Assembly: GCA_013239625.1 (NCBI GenBank)
Contig: MU054338.1
Span: 2,156,968 to 2,220,967, forward strand
Length of the DNA: 64,000 bases
Reading direction: 5' to 3'
Source: Lama guanicoe
Taxonomy: Eukaryota
The notes under the pieces were generated by a model. It ran no database searches. It was not told the DNA's origin and saw nothing but the letters and a program-made list of their open reading frames with translations. Below, piece by piece: positions 49,380 through 61,330 of the stretch. How positions within the stretch are numbered: position 1 is the first letter of the stretch; each line of letters opens with the position of its first letter. The position numbers were made by a program, and so were the translations under genes.

Positions 49380-51919
49380 GTAGGGGCCAAGAGGCCAGCC
49401 GGTGGGGGGGTGGGAGGGGCAGGGCAGAGGGCCGGCCTGGGTGCACAGGGAGAAGCTGGCCCACTGGGCCCCGTGCCTACCCCCAGCCACACCCCTAGCA
49501 CAGTGGCTGTTGAGCATGGCAGCGGGGCAGCGGGGCCAGCCTCCCAGGCCCTTCCAGGGCCTTGAGCCCACGCCCAGGGTTGTGGTGCTACTCCAAGTCC
49601 GCCTGCGCTTCCTGCCGGGGGCGGTCACAGCAGAGCTGCTGTGGGGCCTGGGCTATTGCCGCCCTGGCCCCATTGGCACAGATGGGGAGATGGAGGCTCG
49701 GAGAGGTGAGGGGATTTGCCCAGGATCACACAGCACGTCAGCCCAAGTCCCCCCCCCCCCCAAGAGGAGGGCCGGGGTGGGGCCTCCCGGTACGGCAGAC
49801 AGGCCCCTGCCCCGGGCTCTAGCCTGCGAGGTGGCGGGGGTGGTAGAGGTGGAGTTGGCATTACTGCAGCTGAGTGTGCACCGCGGAACGGGGAGAGGGG
49901 CTGGTTGAGGACGAGACGGGGAGGCTCAGAGAGGAGGAGTGAGTTGCCCGAGGCTGCACAGCAGTGCAAGGTAGAGCCATGAGGGCCCGGAGCTGAGGCT
50001 CAGGGCTCCCAGCCTTCTTCAGGGTGGGAGGTGACTTCAGCTCCTGCCCACGCATCCCCAACACCTGCCTTCGGGCCGGGATCCACATCTGTGTCGTGCA
50101 CAGGCCAGGAGTGTGTTGGGCAGATGGTGTTTGAGAGTGTTGGCTGGACCCCAGAGCCTACAGTCCCTGGTGCATGTTGAGGAGGGGGTCACAGGATGTA
50201 AAACAGCCCAAGGGCAGTGCCAGCTCCCTCCAAGGCCCAGATGCACCAAGAACCCTCCTCAGGGCCCCTCAGCATCTCTAAATCACCAGAACCATAGAGC
50301 ATGGGGATTTGTGGGGTCCCCAGGAGCCACATTTGGACCCTCAAGCCACTGTGGGAAGGTCTCCTACAGCAGAGTCCATGGGCAGGGTGGGTGTTTGGAG
50401 GCAGAGAGGCAGCCACATCCCCCGTCCTCCGCTGAGACCAGATTCAGCCACCCAGACCAGACCCAAGGGAACCTCCCATCACAGCCTGGCCCCCTGGGGA
50501 CCCTCCAAGGTTGGGCTGGTCGCTGCTGGCAGCGCGGAGGGGCCAGAGTGGGTGAGGGAGACCTGGCTATCCTCTGCCCTTCCTGCCCAGACTTCAGCTG
50601 GGGGTGCTGTGGTCAGGAGACCAGGGCTCATGCCCAGTTCTACTTTAGTCACTCTGAACCTCAGTCTCTTCTTCTGGCCTTGGGCACTTCCTGGGGTGGC
50701 TTTGAAGGGTCTCAAGCGTTACGGAACCAATTTTATCCGACTGCCCCACGTACCCTCACATATCCAAAATATTCAGTGTCCTGTCTTACAGAGCCTCGGC
50801 TGGAATCCAAAAGAGAGGTCACTTGGTCAGGGTCACCCAGCAAGCTGGGGTGGCCCTAGGACTCCCCTCTTTGGGTTTTGAGTTTTGTCGGGGCCTGGAC
50901 ACTACCACCCCCACAGTTCTCTGAGAGCCAGGCGTTTCCTGTCCCAGCTGACCTGACATCCCTCCCCACAGGAGGCTGGGAATGTCCTAATTGCTTCAGA
51001 AATCAAAGCTAATAAAAGTGACAGGGAGAGGGCCCTGCCCTCTTAACCCTTCCCCAGCCTCCCTCACCCACCACCTCACCTACCCCATTGTCAGCCTGGA
51101 TGGCCTGAGAGGGGAGGGAAACCGAGGCAGGCAAGGTGGTGTACCTTTGGTTCTACATGCTTCTGGTCGCACCCCCCTGCTCCCCCCCGCCAGCCTGCAA
51201 GTCCTGCTGGGTACCCAGAGAGGGTGAGACCAGAACTGTCGAGGAACTTGGGAGAGGGGCTATCTGGGACTCTGCCTGGGTCGGGAGGGGTTGGAGCCTG
51301 GTGTCAGGCAGAAAAGGATGAGGGTGTCCAGGCAGGGGGCTCAGCACTGCCAAAGGCTGGAAATGATGGGGAGACAGCCTGAATGTGGAAGACCTCAAAT
51401 GTGGTCTTTGGCCTGGGGGCCAAGGGGAGCTATGGAAGGGACTAGAGAGAGGGAGGGACACAGCTAGGGCGGGGAATTGGAAAGCACTTTGTGAGGCTGG
51501 TTTTGGGGAGGCAGGGAAGGTGACAGATGGGTGAGAGACTCTCAAGAGTGACAGGAAAGGTGAGGCCCTCCATCTGGGTCTGGGGGAAGATCTCGCCAGC
51601 ACCATACAGGCAAGACCACAGGTCCCTGGACTGAAGGCCCCCAAGTCCCCCAGTGGGTTCAGGCACCCCTGGTCCAGGCAGACCTCAGGGAGGGAAGGGG
51701 GAAAGAAGCCGTGACACCCACTCCCCCCTCTTGGAACCCCTGCGCGCAGGGCTCAGAGTTGAGAGGCCTCTCCTTTCTGGCCCAGTCAGCACTTCTGTCT
51801 CCGCCTTCATTATTCCTGGCGGGTTTGCTTTCCTCCGCCCCCACCCCCCAGCCTGCAGTGGCTTCTCTGCCTCTGCACAAGCCCTTGCATCCCCTGCCTT
51901 TCCCCCAATCAATGCCTCT

Positions 51920-52192
51920 CTCCCTGATCAATATCCCCCTCTCCAGTCACTGCCCCTCCCCCTGATCACTGTCTCTCCCTCCAGTCACTGCCCCTCCCCC
52001 TGATCAGTATCCCCTCCTCCAGGCAGTGCCCCTCCCCCNNNNNNNNNNNNNNNNNNNNNNNNNNNNNNNNNGATCAGTATCCCCTCCTCCAGTCACTGCC
52101 CCTCCCCCTGATCAGTATCCCCTCCTCCAGGCAGTGCCCCTCCCCCGATCAGTAACCCCTTCTCCAGTCACTGCCCCTCCCCTGATCAGTGT
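51920..52192. repeat. 37-38 bp minisatellite spanning an assembly gap (N at 52039-52071)
   Basis: Unit gatcagtatcccctcctccag(tcac/gcag)tgcccctccccc(t); GATC at 51926, 51964, 52002, 52072, 52110, 52147 and 52184. Confidence 0.95.
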
Positions 52193-53434
52193 CAGTTGAT
52201 CTCCCCTTGATGAATGGCCCACCTTCTTCATCCTGCCCACCCGTCTTTCACTATCAGTCTCCCCAGTCCTGAGCCATCCATCACTTTGGCCCCCCAAGTG
52301 AGACTCTGTGGCCTCTGACATCCCTACCTCCATCCCTATGTGAAGGATTCCCCCCAGCTGAGCATTTTACACCAGACGGTTTTTGTCCATCATGTCCGTT
52401 CAGCTGATGAGTAAACCAAGGGCCAGAGGGTTGCAGCCACATGCCCAAAGCCACACTGGTGGCTCCAGAGAGGCTAGGGGGATGCCAGAGCCTGGACCTC
52501 ACCTCTGGCACCGTGCTGCCTCAGTCTCCCCTTCAGCTAAGGGGGAGGATGTTGAGTTGAGGGTCCCCCCCACCACCCCATTACGGGGCGCCAGAGCTGG
52601 GCAGAGAGCCTAGGAGGGGAGGAGGAAGGGAGGAAGGGCCTAGGGGAGGCCGGCCACCACAGGGGAGGGTCACGCCCAGAATCTGTCTGGTTGCCAACGG
52701 AAACCAGACATGAGGTAATGGCCAAGATGAACTTGAACTTGGCTGGAGATGGGGGGCTGGGAGCCACAGCATCAGTTGGATGGGATGGCCCTGTGGCTGC
52801 AGGGTGGCCTGGTTGGAGGGGGTGCTATTGATTTACAGCAGGGGTGGGGATACGGTATGCTCTGACCTCAGTGGGGCAAAGATGGGGTGTTACGTACCCC
52901 CAAGCCCACCCCACACAGGCAAACTGGATGCATTTCCAGGGGAAGAGTCTGTACGGCAGCTTCCCTGTGGAGACCCAGGCCACAGCTATACATGCAGGCC
53001 TGGCCTCCTGTCCCAGAGCCTCAATCCTCCCCCTCTGTAAAGTGGGAGTTGTGACCCCCGAAAAGGCCAGGCTGAGGGGTCAACCCCAGGCAGGGCTACC
53101 AGTGGGGACTGGAGCTTCTCAGGCCTGAGTTCCAATTCCAGCTTTGCCCCTCCCTCCCATGCTGGTGGACTTGGGCAAGTTACTTAACTTCTCTGAGCGC
53201 CAGTTTTCTTCATTGCAAAATGGGGTGTCAGGGGGCAATAGTTCTGCTTTCATATAGGGTTCTGGAGGAAATCATTAAATGGAAAATGTTTATTAAAACA
53301 AAAAAGGAAACCAACAACCCCAGTCTCAGAGCCCAGGTATGGTGGTGCTCCATAAAGATTGACCAGTCACCCTCCATGAACGGAGTAGGGGGTCCCCTCC
53401 TTCATTTTATAGTCAGGGCAGTGAGGCTCAGAGG

Positions 53435-53649
53435 TTGAGCTGCCAGATTTAGCAAACAAAACTACAGGATACTCAGGTAGATTTCAATTCCAGATAAACA
53501 AAGGATTTAAACAACAGCAACAAAAAAATCTCTTAAGTAAAAGTATATCCCAAAAGTTGCATGGGGTATACTTACGTTAAAAGGTTTATCGGTCGTTTAT
53601 CCAGAATCCAGATTTCACTGGGCATTCTGTGATTTATCTGGCAGCCCTG
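53435..53649. mobile_element. MER53-like palindromic DNA transposon
   Basis: Inverted ends gctgccagat...atctggcagc; internal ttccagataaacaa. Confidence 0.7.
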
Positions 53650-53824
53650 CGTAGGGGCAGGGTCACTTGCCCAGGGTCAACCAACGGGTTATGACAGGTC
53701 GGGGATGGGGGGACAAGTCACAGGTCACAGGGGTCGGGTGGGGCCGCGGTGGGCGTGGCAGTGGCTGGCAGAGCCTGACCCTCGATCTCTTCTTTCTCTC
53801 TCTGTGTCCTCTCGGGCCGCCCAG

Positions 53825-53842
53825 TCCTGGTATCTGGGATAA
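53825..53842 (+). CDS. NFIC: NFIC exon 11, coding part (SWYLG*)
   Basis: Long pyrimidine tract, then cccag|TCC TGG TAT CTG GGA TAA, the characteristic NFI C-terminus. Exons 2-11 total 1491 nt (496 aa plus stop). Confidence 0.97.
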   Translation, partial: SWYLG

Positions 53843-56800
53843 GAAAGATTTCTTCCCACACCCTGCTCCTTCGTCCTGGGAATCCTGGGGGGCCGCAGCG
53901 CCAGCCCTCAGCCCACGTTTTCGGTGGAAAGCTAGAGCAAGCAAGAATACCCTGCCGACTCCCAGCGCGGCTGAAAGACAAAACACACAGACACATACAC
54001 ACAGAAGAAAAAACAGAAAAAAAGAAAGAAAAGAGGAAAAAAAAAAAGACAAACCGGAAAAGAAAACCATGCATAAAAATAAACCCACCCAACCAAGAAG
54101 GCAGAAGGTGAAGGCGGCAACGCTTCGGACTCTCGGGACGCCGCGGCCAGACGGACCGGACCGGAGAGCCCGGCCCCGCCACCCCTCAGAGCCGGCGCGC
54201 CTTCCTAAGTTATTCATCTCCTCTCGCTGCTGCTCTGGAAGGGCCGGCACCGCTCCCACCTCCGCCCAGGACCAGGTGAGCGCAGCCTGGTGCCCGTGCC
54301 CGGCCGACGGGGCAGGACACCCAGCGAGGCCACCTCTCCCCATGCCCCTGCTGCCGCCGCTGCCAGGACGTCGGCCAGGCCCCCGCGACAGTGTTTGCCA
54401 AGTGGAAAGGCAGGACCCCAGCAGCGGGCAGCCAAGGCCAGCAGGGTGGTTGGGGAAGCGACAAGGGCAGAAGAGGGTTGTGGGGAGACCCCGGGCGTGG
54501 CCAGGGAGCTGGGATGCGTGGCCTGTGCTCTCTCAAGAGTGTCTTGCGCTCGTGGACCTCTGCCTGTCCCAGAGCGTGCTGGGGACTTGTTCTTTCTGGA
54601 AGCCCCACGCCTGCCCGGTTTGGGAGAAGTCTCTATGCAAACGACCCCCAGCCCCACCCCAGGCATTGGAGGCCACCCCATGGCACCCCAGCCCCGGCCA
54701 GCTCCACACCCCCGGGGAGGGCTCCGCATTGCACACACTGTAAGAGATGCACTTTCCGAGGAAGGGGCTGGGGGCGGTGGAGCAGAGAGACCTGGAGCGC
54801 CCCGAGATGGGGGCACCCCTCTGGACTCTCCATCCACCCAAGCCCTGAAAGGGGAGGACCCCCCACTTAGCCCATGGAGGTGGGAGGTGAGAGCGAGTGG
54901 TTTAAGTGCCTGATTCCCACCGCCCGCCCCCCTCCCCTTTGTCCAGCTGGGACGCGAGTGGCCGTGGGCATCCTCCACCCTCCTCCCCCACAACCCGGCC
55001 CCCTCCAGTCACTGACCCCTCATTGCTGTGCGCCCCCTCAGAGCTAGAGAAATGGGACCCCCCCACCCCCCGAGCAGACCCAGGGGGCAGAGTTGGGCAT
55101 CCCCCAAGCGTCCTGCCATGTGGGGGTGGGATCTGGGGAAGCCGATGTGCCCCCTCCCCACGCCTCCTCTGCCAGTGCCTTACATTCTGGAGCGACACCC
55201 CCTCCCTTGTGCCTCTCGGCGCACAGGGGGACCATGGTTTGCACTTTCATCTCCCCTGCGAAGTGGGCACAGCTGGGGAGGTGCAGTGCAGCTGGGCGGC
55301 CAGAAGGAAAGAAGGCCGGGCCGAGTGCCCTCCGCTTGCGCCTGGACAGGGTCGGGGGTTCTGGCTGAGGGCAGGAAGGGTCAGCGCCTCGGGGCTCCCT
55401 GCAGCCATGTAGGGGACCTCCCATCAGCTAAGCGTTTTCCGTTGAGCCGCTCCAAAAACACTAAACCTGGGGACCCCAGGTGCCCCCTCACCCCCATCCC
55501 TGCCCCAACCCCAGGATGGCCTTCTTGGGTGAGCGGGGGGCCAGGGAATCGGGTGTTTGGTGTCCTAGGGTCATCAGGCCCAAACACAAGACTCCCTCCA
55601 GGTCCATCCTCCTGAGCCCTAACTGGCCTCTTCCAGGCCTGGCGCTGGGGAGCGCCTTCCGCCACCACGGCCCCCCATCCCCAGGCCTGGGCCAAAGCCA
55701 TTGCCCTGGGCAGGGCCTCCGCCTCAACTATACCCAGCCTGGCCCCCCTCCTCTCCCTCCCCTGGTACCCCGGTGCCCCAGGCCTGGCCAGCCTCCTCCT
55801 GCCTCCCCAGAAACCAGACTTTCCTCCCAAACCAGCCCAAGGGGCTTGGTGAACCCACTTAATCATAAAGAGAATGACCCAAGACCCTTCCCCACCAGGC
55901 CCCCTCCCGTCGTCCGTCCGTCTGTCCCCAGGGCCCATCCACTGCCTGGCTGTTGGGGACCAAAGCATGGGCCGTACTCTCCGGGAGGTGCAGTCGGGGT
56001 CTCCAGAAGCTTCTCAGCTGGGAACCTTAGGGTGCGGGTAGGCGGGGTAGGGGAGGGGGCACCTGGCAGCCCCCAGCTACCTAACTTTGCATGGTGCTTA
56101 GTCAAGGATTCCTGTGACCTGGCTCCTGACGTCAGCTCGCGGCGGCTGATAACTGCATGGCAAATTATACCTGGCTCTCCCTTCCTCCCCAGCCGTCCCC
56201 CAGCCCTCCAGCACCACCCCCTCCTCTTTAAAAGAAAAAAAAAGATACAAAAAAACTAAAAAAATTCCATGTTTCCTAATTTGCACGAAATTTTCTACCA
56301 CATGATGTGCCTTGCCTTCCGAAAATAAGTATTACCTTTAAACAATATCAGCGCACACATAGCTGCATGCACTGCTCGTGTAGTTCAAAAAAAAAAGACA
56401 AAACAATGACATGAAATAAAAAGTAAAAATTGAAAAGGGATGTATTTCTATTTGTAAAAAAAAAAGAAAAATTAAGAATTTTTAAAAATGAAGAAAAATC
56501 ACACGCTTAAAAACCACACTGCTAAAAAAGCAGTCCACGTCTGCCCCACCCCCAGCCCACCCTCAGCTCTGTCTCCACGTCTCCTGCTGCATTGGGGGCG
56601 CTCCCTGGTGCTCTGCAACCCCCAGCCCCACCCTCGGGCTCCAGGGGGGTCATTTCTGAATCCCCTGCCCACAGCGGCCGACAGACCTCAGGGGTGTGCC
56701 CTGGCCCCGGGCAAGGGCTTCTCCTGTCACTGGGCCACAGGCCAGCCCCCAGACGCCATGCATGCACCCACGGTCCCGGCAGTCCCCCCATGGGGTGGCC

Positions 56801-59752
56801 ACCCTGCTGATAGCCAGACTCCCCCGTCCCACCTCTCCCGCAGGCTGGCGTCCCCCTGGCTCAGGGTCAAATCGCTGTCCCCCACCCCCCCATGCAGCCC
56901 CCTCCTTCTTGCCAAAGGACCCATCCCTGGAGACTGGCCTTGGGAGGCAGGTCCCTCCTGTCCCTCCCAGCCGGTTCTGAGTCTTCCAGCTGTGACTGTG
57001 GAGGGGGTCTGGTATGAAACAAACAAAAAGACAAAAACCAAACCCGATATATGCAATATTTGTCTGTCTGAACCTTAGGGCTAGTTCAGCCATCCGAGGC
57101 CCGGCCAGGGAAGGGGGGACGCTGCATCACAGGCCTCCGTCCGGGGTTGGGGTGCCGGCCGTGCTGTTGTCCTTTCCTCAGTTTTATTTTGTTGTTTCCC
57201 TTCCTTTCTTTCTCCCTTCTTTTCTTCCTTTTTCTTTTCTTTTTCTTTTATTTTATTTTCCTCTTTCCAGTTTCCTTTGCCTTTAACTCAACCAAAGCTG
57301 AGACGGTAGCAGACAGTTAGTGGGGTATCGGGGCAGGAGGACCAAAGGGCCAGGTCCTCCAACCTCAGGCCTTCCTTCCTCACCACCTCTGGCCCTCCCT
57401 GCCCCTGAGCCCCTCAGACATCTCCTGTGAGGACACACCGAGCAGACGGTCCCCATCCATTTTTCGTGCCACCATCTCAGACTTTAGAATTGTGTCCAGA
57501 GCCGGGTGGGGCCTTGCAGAGAGACCCCGGCATTCATCCTCCACCATACGCTCATGCCATGTGTTCTTCCAGAAGGACACCTCAGTAGTCCCAGGGGACA
57601 GAGGGAGCGTCAAGACAGTGGCCTCAGCCGGCCTTGACACTGCCCTTAAGAGCTGCCCTCTGGCCTGAGAGCCCTGCTTGTCAGTTTCCATGGGGCTGAT
57701 TTCTGGTTTTTATTCCATGCCCCACAGCCCTCCACCCCTAGGGGCGGGCGAGCAGCCCGTGGCAGAGGGATGGGTGACACCTCCTGGCAGGACCCTTCCC
57801 CGAGGGCCTCCTGGGGACCACTGTCCCTCATGGCCCAGACCCCAGAGCACCTCGGGCCCCAGAATGCCCCCTCCCTTGCCCCCAGCTGTGCGTTCTCGGC
57901 TCCTCCAGCTGAGTGTGGCAGGCACGTCCTCCCCAGGCGCTCAGAAGAGCTGCGGCGTCCCATCCGGCCAATCCCCAGGCCCCCTGCCGCAGGCAGGACT
58001 GCAGAGACACTAGGAACCGGGCCCCTTGCCGACCTCTGCACTTGCGGCTCCTGCTCTGGAGGGGAGCCACCAGGGTGTTGGATTTTTTTTGACATGTGTG
58101 AAACTGACATCTGAAACCCCCTCCCCCCTCCAGCCCTCTGTCACCCGCTCAGCCACTGTGCATCCACGCAGAGCCCCCTGCCTGGCCCATGCTGTGGAAG
58201 AGCCTAGGGAGACCCCTACTGTACGCGGACTGCCCCCATCCCTCTGTGGGTGAGGGCGCCTGACCCCAGCCAGGGTGGAGAGGGAGGTGTGGCTGGAGAG
58301 ATGGGGAGCCAGGGCCTCCCCACGTCCAGATCTGGAACCCAGGTTCTGGCCGAATTCTGAGCCCAGTTTCCCACCCTGAGCTAGACAATCAGACCCGAAA
58401 AGGAAGCCCAGAGGAGACTCGGCGAGGAGGGGCTGCTGCAGCTCCCCAAGGAGCAGACAGCCCCAACCTCGGCGTCCCCGTCCCTGCTCCGGAACTTTCC
58501 GCCCCGAGAGACAGCAATGTTCCAGGAACAAGCCAGCTTGGCTGGGCAGGGGCCAGTGAGGCAGGATCCCGGGGCCAGGAGCAACCGTGCAGCCTTCTGG
58601 AAGAGACAGCGCACAGGACCCCCTGCCCCCCACTCTCACTTTTCCAGCGGTACTTTGACCTCCAGTGTAGGGCTATACTATACATATATATATATATATA
58701 ATTTTGGAATTTTTTATCATAATACAGATTATACAGTGGCTACTTTTTATTTTGGCCTGGATTCTCTCTCTGAGACCCTGATTTTTAATTTTTTTTTTTT
58801 GGAGGGTAATGGGAGAGAGGTTCCAGAGGCCCATCCTCAGATCCAGCACCCTCCCACTTTTCCGCGTTTCCGCGCCTTTGGACACTTCCTGAGAGTCTCA
58901 TCTCCAAGCTGACACCGCCTCCCCCGCCCGTCTACCCCCAAGCATTTCAGAGTGTGTGGGGTCCGAGCTGGCCCCGGAGGCCCCCCCCCCCCCCCCCCTC
59001 CCCCGGACAGGGAGACGGACCCAAAAAAATCCCAGCAGGACTTGTTGCCAGCGATACCAAAACAGACTTTTCCCAAGCAGTGCCTCACATGTCTGCTGGT
59101 AGGCTTTGGGGTTCATCTCCCCCACTCCCTGGGGGTCCCCCAGGCCTCAGGAAAGAGGAGGCGGGATCCAACAGGAATAAAGGCTCCAGGAGAGGAAAGA
59201 AGTCACTCCCCGTCCCCAAAGTACCCAACAAGCTGCCCTCCGAACAGCCCCTCCAGACAGCCCCTGGCTAGAGGGGGACCCACTGCAAAGGGGACGGGAG
59301 CTCCCCACCCCCCCAGTTGTAAGCCCCCAAAGCCCGCTCCCAAAACGCAACACACCATCCTCCCATCTTGAGTCCCAGCCAGGCCCCCCCAAACCAAAGC
59401 CCCTTGAAATCCAGGGGTCCTGGCCCCCACCCCCCATCTTCTTGCCCTCCTGCCCCCCCAGGACCGCACGTGGGGGTGGGACAAGCAGGGTGTCAGAGGG
59501 ACAGGACACGGCCTGGTGGGTAACAGGGAGAAGGGAGAGAGACCCATTTCCCTCTGAATTTTCTTTCCTTCTTTCTCTCTCTCTCTCTTTTTTTTTTTCT
59601 TTCTTTCTAAAATTTTTTGGTGTTGCTATTAATTTTCTTTTTCCTCTGAGATTTTTTTGAGGTTTTTTTTCCTCCTTATTTTGTATTTTACCAATATTAC
59701 CAGGATAGTTTACTCTGTTTCTTGCTTTCTGCTTGCCGCACACACCGGATAA

Positions 59753-59783
<31 letters not shown>

Positions 59784-60192
59784 CATGCTCATGAACCCAT
59801 GTCCGGAGAAGGTTCCGGCTGAGCCCACTGCCCACCTCCTCCCCTCCTCCTCCTCCTCCACAGGGTGGGGACAGGATGGGGGACAAGGGGGCATCTGGGC
59901 AGACCCAAGCTCAGCCTTCTCCCTTGCCCGGCCCCCCGCCCTGCTCCCTCGCATCATACTCCAATCATAACCTTGTATATTACGCAGTCATTTCGGTTTC
60001 CGCGGACGCGCCTACCTAAGTACCATTTACAGAAAGTGACTCTGGCTGTTATTTTGTTTGTTTGTTTCCCTATGCAAAAAAAAATGAAAAAAATGAAAAA
60101 GGGGGGGTTCCATAAAAGATTCAATAAAAGGCAAAAAAAAAAGAAAAAAGAAAAAAATGTATAAAAATTAAACAAGCTATGCTTCGACTCTT
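53843..60192 (+). other. NFIC: NFIC long 3'UTR (end approximate)
   Basis: Follows the stop codon; no interspersed repeats recognised; AT-rich blocks at about 56230-56510, 58670-58800 and 59580-60190; interspersed repeats resume at about 60300. Confidence 0.75.
59752..59783. repeat. (CA)n microsatellite in the 3'UTR
   Basis: acacacatacacacacacacacacacacacac. Confidence 0.9.
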
Positions 60193-60240
60193 TCTAGCTG
60201 TCCTGGATCCTCCTTTCTGTGTTCAGTTTGGGCTGGTCTT
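60123..60240 (+). terminator. Distal NFIC polyadenylation region
   Basis: AATAAA 60123-60128, TGTA 60158-60161, ATTAAA 60167-60172, then a T/GT-rich downstream element (tttctgtgttcagtttggg). Confidence 0.7.
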
Positions 60241-60374
60241 TGTTCTGTGCCAAAGTGAAGGGGAGCGGCTGGAGGGGCAGGTGGCCTCAGAGAACTGGTA
60301 CCCCCAACACTGAAGGAGCAGGCAAGTGTTGAGACCTTTAAATCAAATGTCCCCCAGGTGACATTCCACCATAT

Positions 60375-60480
60375 CCGCACACATCTGTGGTTGTCATGAC
60401 TGGAGGTGCCCCTGGCAGTGAGTGGGGCCCAGGAATGCTGCTCAGTGCTTAGCAGTGCCTAAGATGGCCCCCCAGGGAGT
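60375..60480 (+). mobile_element. MER20-like fragment
   Basis: acatctgtggttgtcatgactgg...ggcccaggaatgctgct. Confidence 0.6.
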
Positions 60481-60829
60481 GCCCGTTCCTGGGATGGGCT
60501 GTTTCACACGCCTTTGCCCCTGCGTCCCCTCTACCCATCACTACCTCTCCCATTTGTGCTGATCCTTAGCATCCCAAAGCAATATCCTCTTCCTCCAGGA
60601 AGCCTTCCCACTATCCCCCAAGCCTGGCTCTCTTCCCTACCAGTCTCAGAATTCCCCAGAGTCTTTGATCAACAAATTCCATGGGCATCTATGGAGCACC
60701 TGCTCTGTGCCGGACACAGAGAGTTTCACCTCCTCCCTGGCTCCAAGGACAGAGCCTGGCACACAGTCGATGCTCCACAAATGCACTGAATGCCTTCACT
60801 TTTTTTTTTCTTCCACCTAGCAAACTCAC

Positions 60830-61330
60830 ATCCATTGAGCAAAGATTTCTTGAGTATCTACTGGATACGAAGTACTGGGGACACAAAACGCCCAAAATGA
60901 TCTGCCTTCTTGGCACTTACACTTCGAAGTTGGGAAGATAGACAAGAAACAATATAAATGTATGTCAGAGGAGATTAAGTGCCAGGGAGACAAATGGAGC
61001 AGAGGAAGGGATAGGAGAGTCGGCCTCACATGAGGAAGTAACATTTAAACCGAGATTTGATTAGAGGAGAGGGAAACACCCCATTGAAAATGTGGCAGAA
61101 GAATTTTCCAGACAGAGGGCACAGCCAGTGCAAAGGCCCTGGGGCAGCACCATGCCTGGTGTGTTAGAGGAACAGCCAGGAGACCTGTGTATCTGAAGCA
61201 GAGTAAGCGAGGAGGAGAGGAGGAGGTGAGAGCTGGGAGGGGACAGGGCAGGTCATGCAGGGCCTTGGAGGAGGATTTGGGCTTTTAACCCAAGGCAGGT
61301 GGGAGCCATGGAGAGCTGTAAGCAGAGGAC
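60830..61330 (-). mobile_element. L2 3' fragment
   Basis: cagagggcacagccagtgcaaaggccctggggcag. Confidence 0.75.

Noticed and set aside
51920..52192. CRISPR-like array
   Set aside because: Head-to-tail units without unique spacers, in a mammalian intron
53667..56259. Long ORFs (358 aa and two of 259 aa) as independent genes
   Set aside because: They lie over the NFIC last exon and 3'UTR, are low-complexity, and show no recognisable homology
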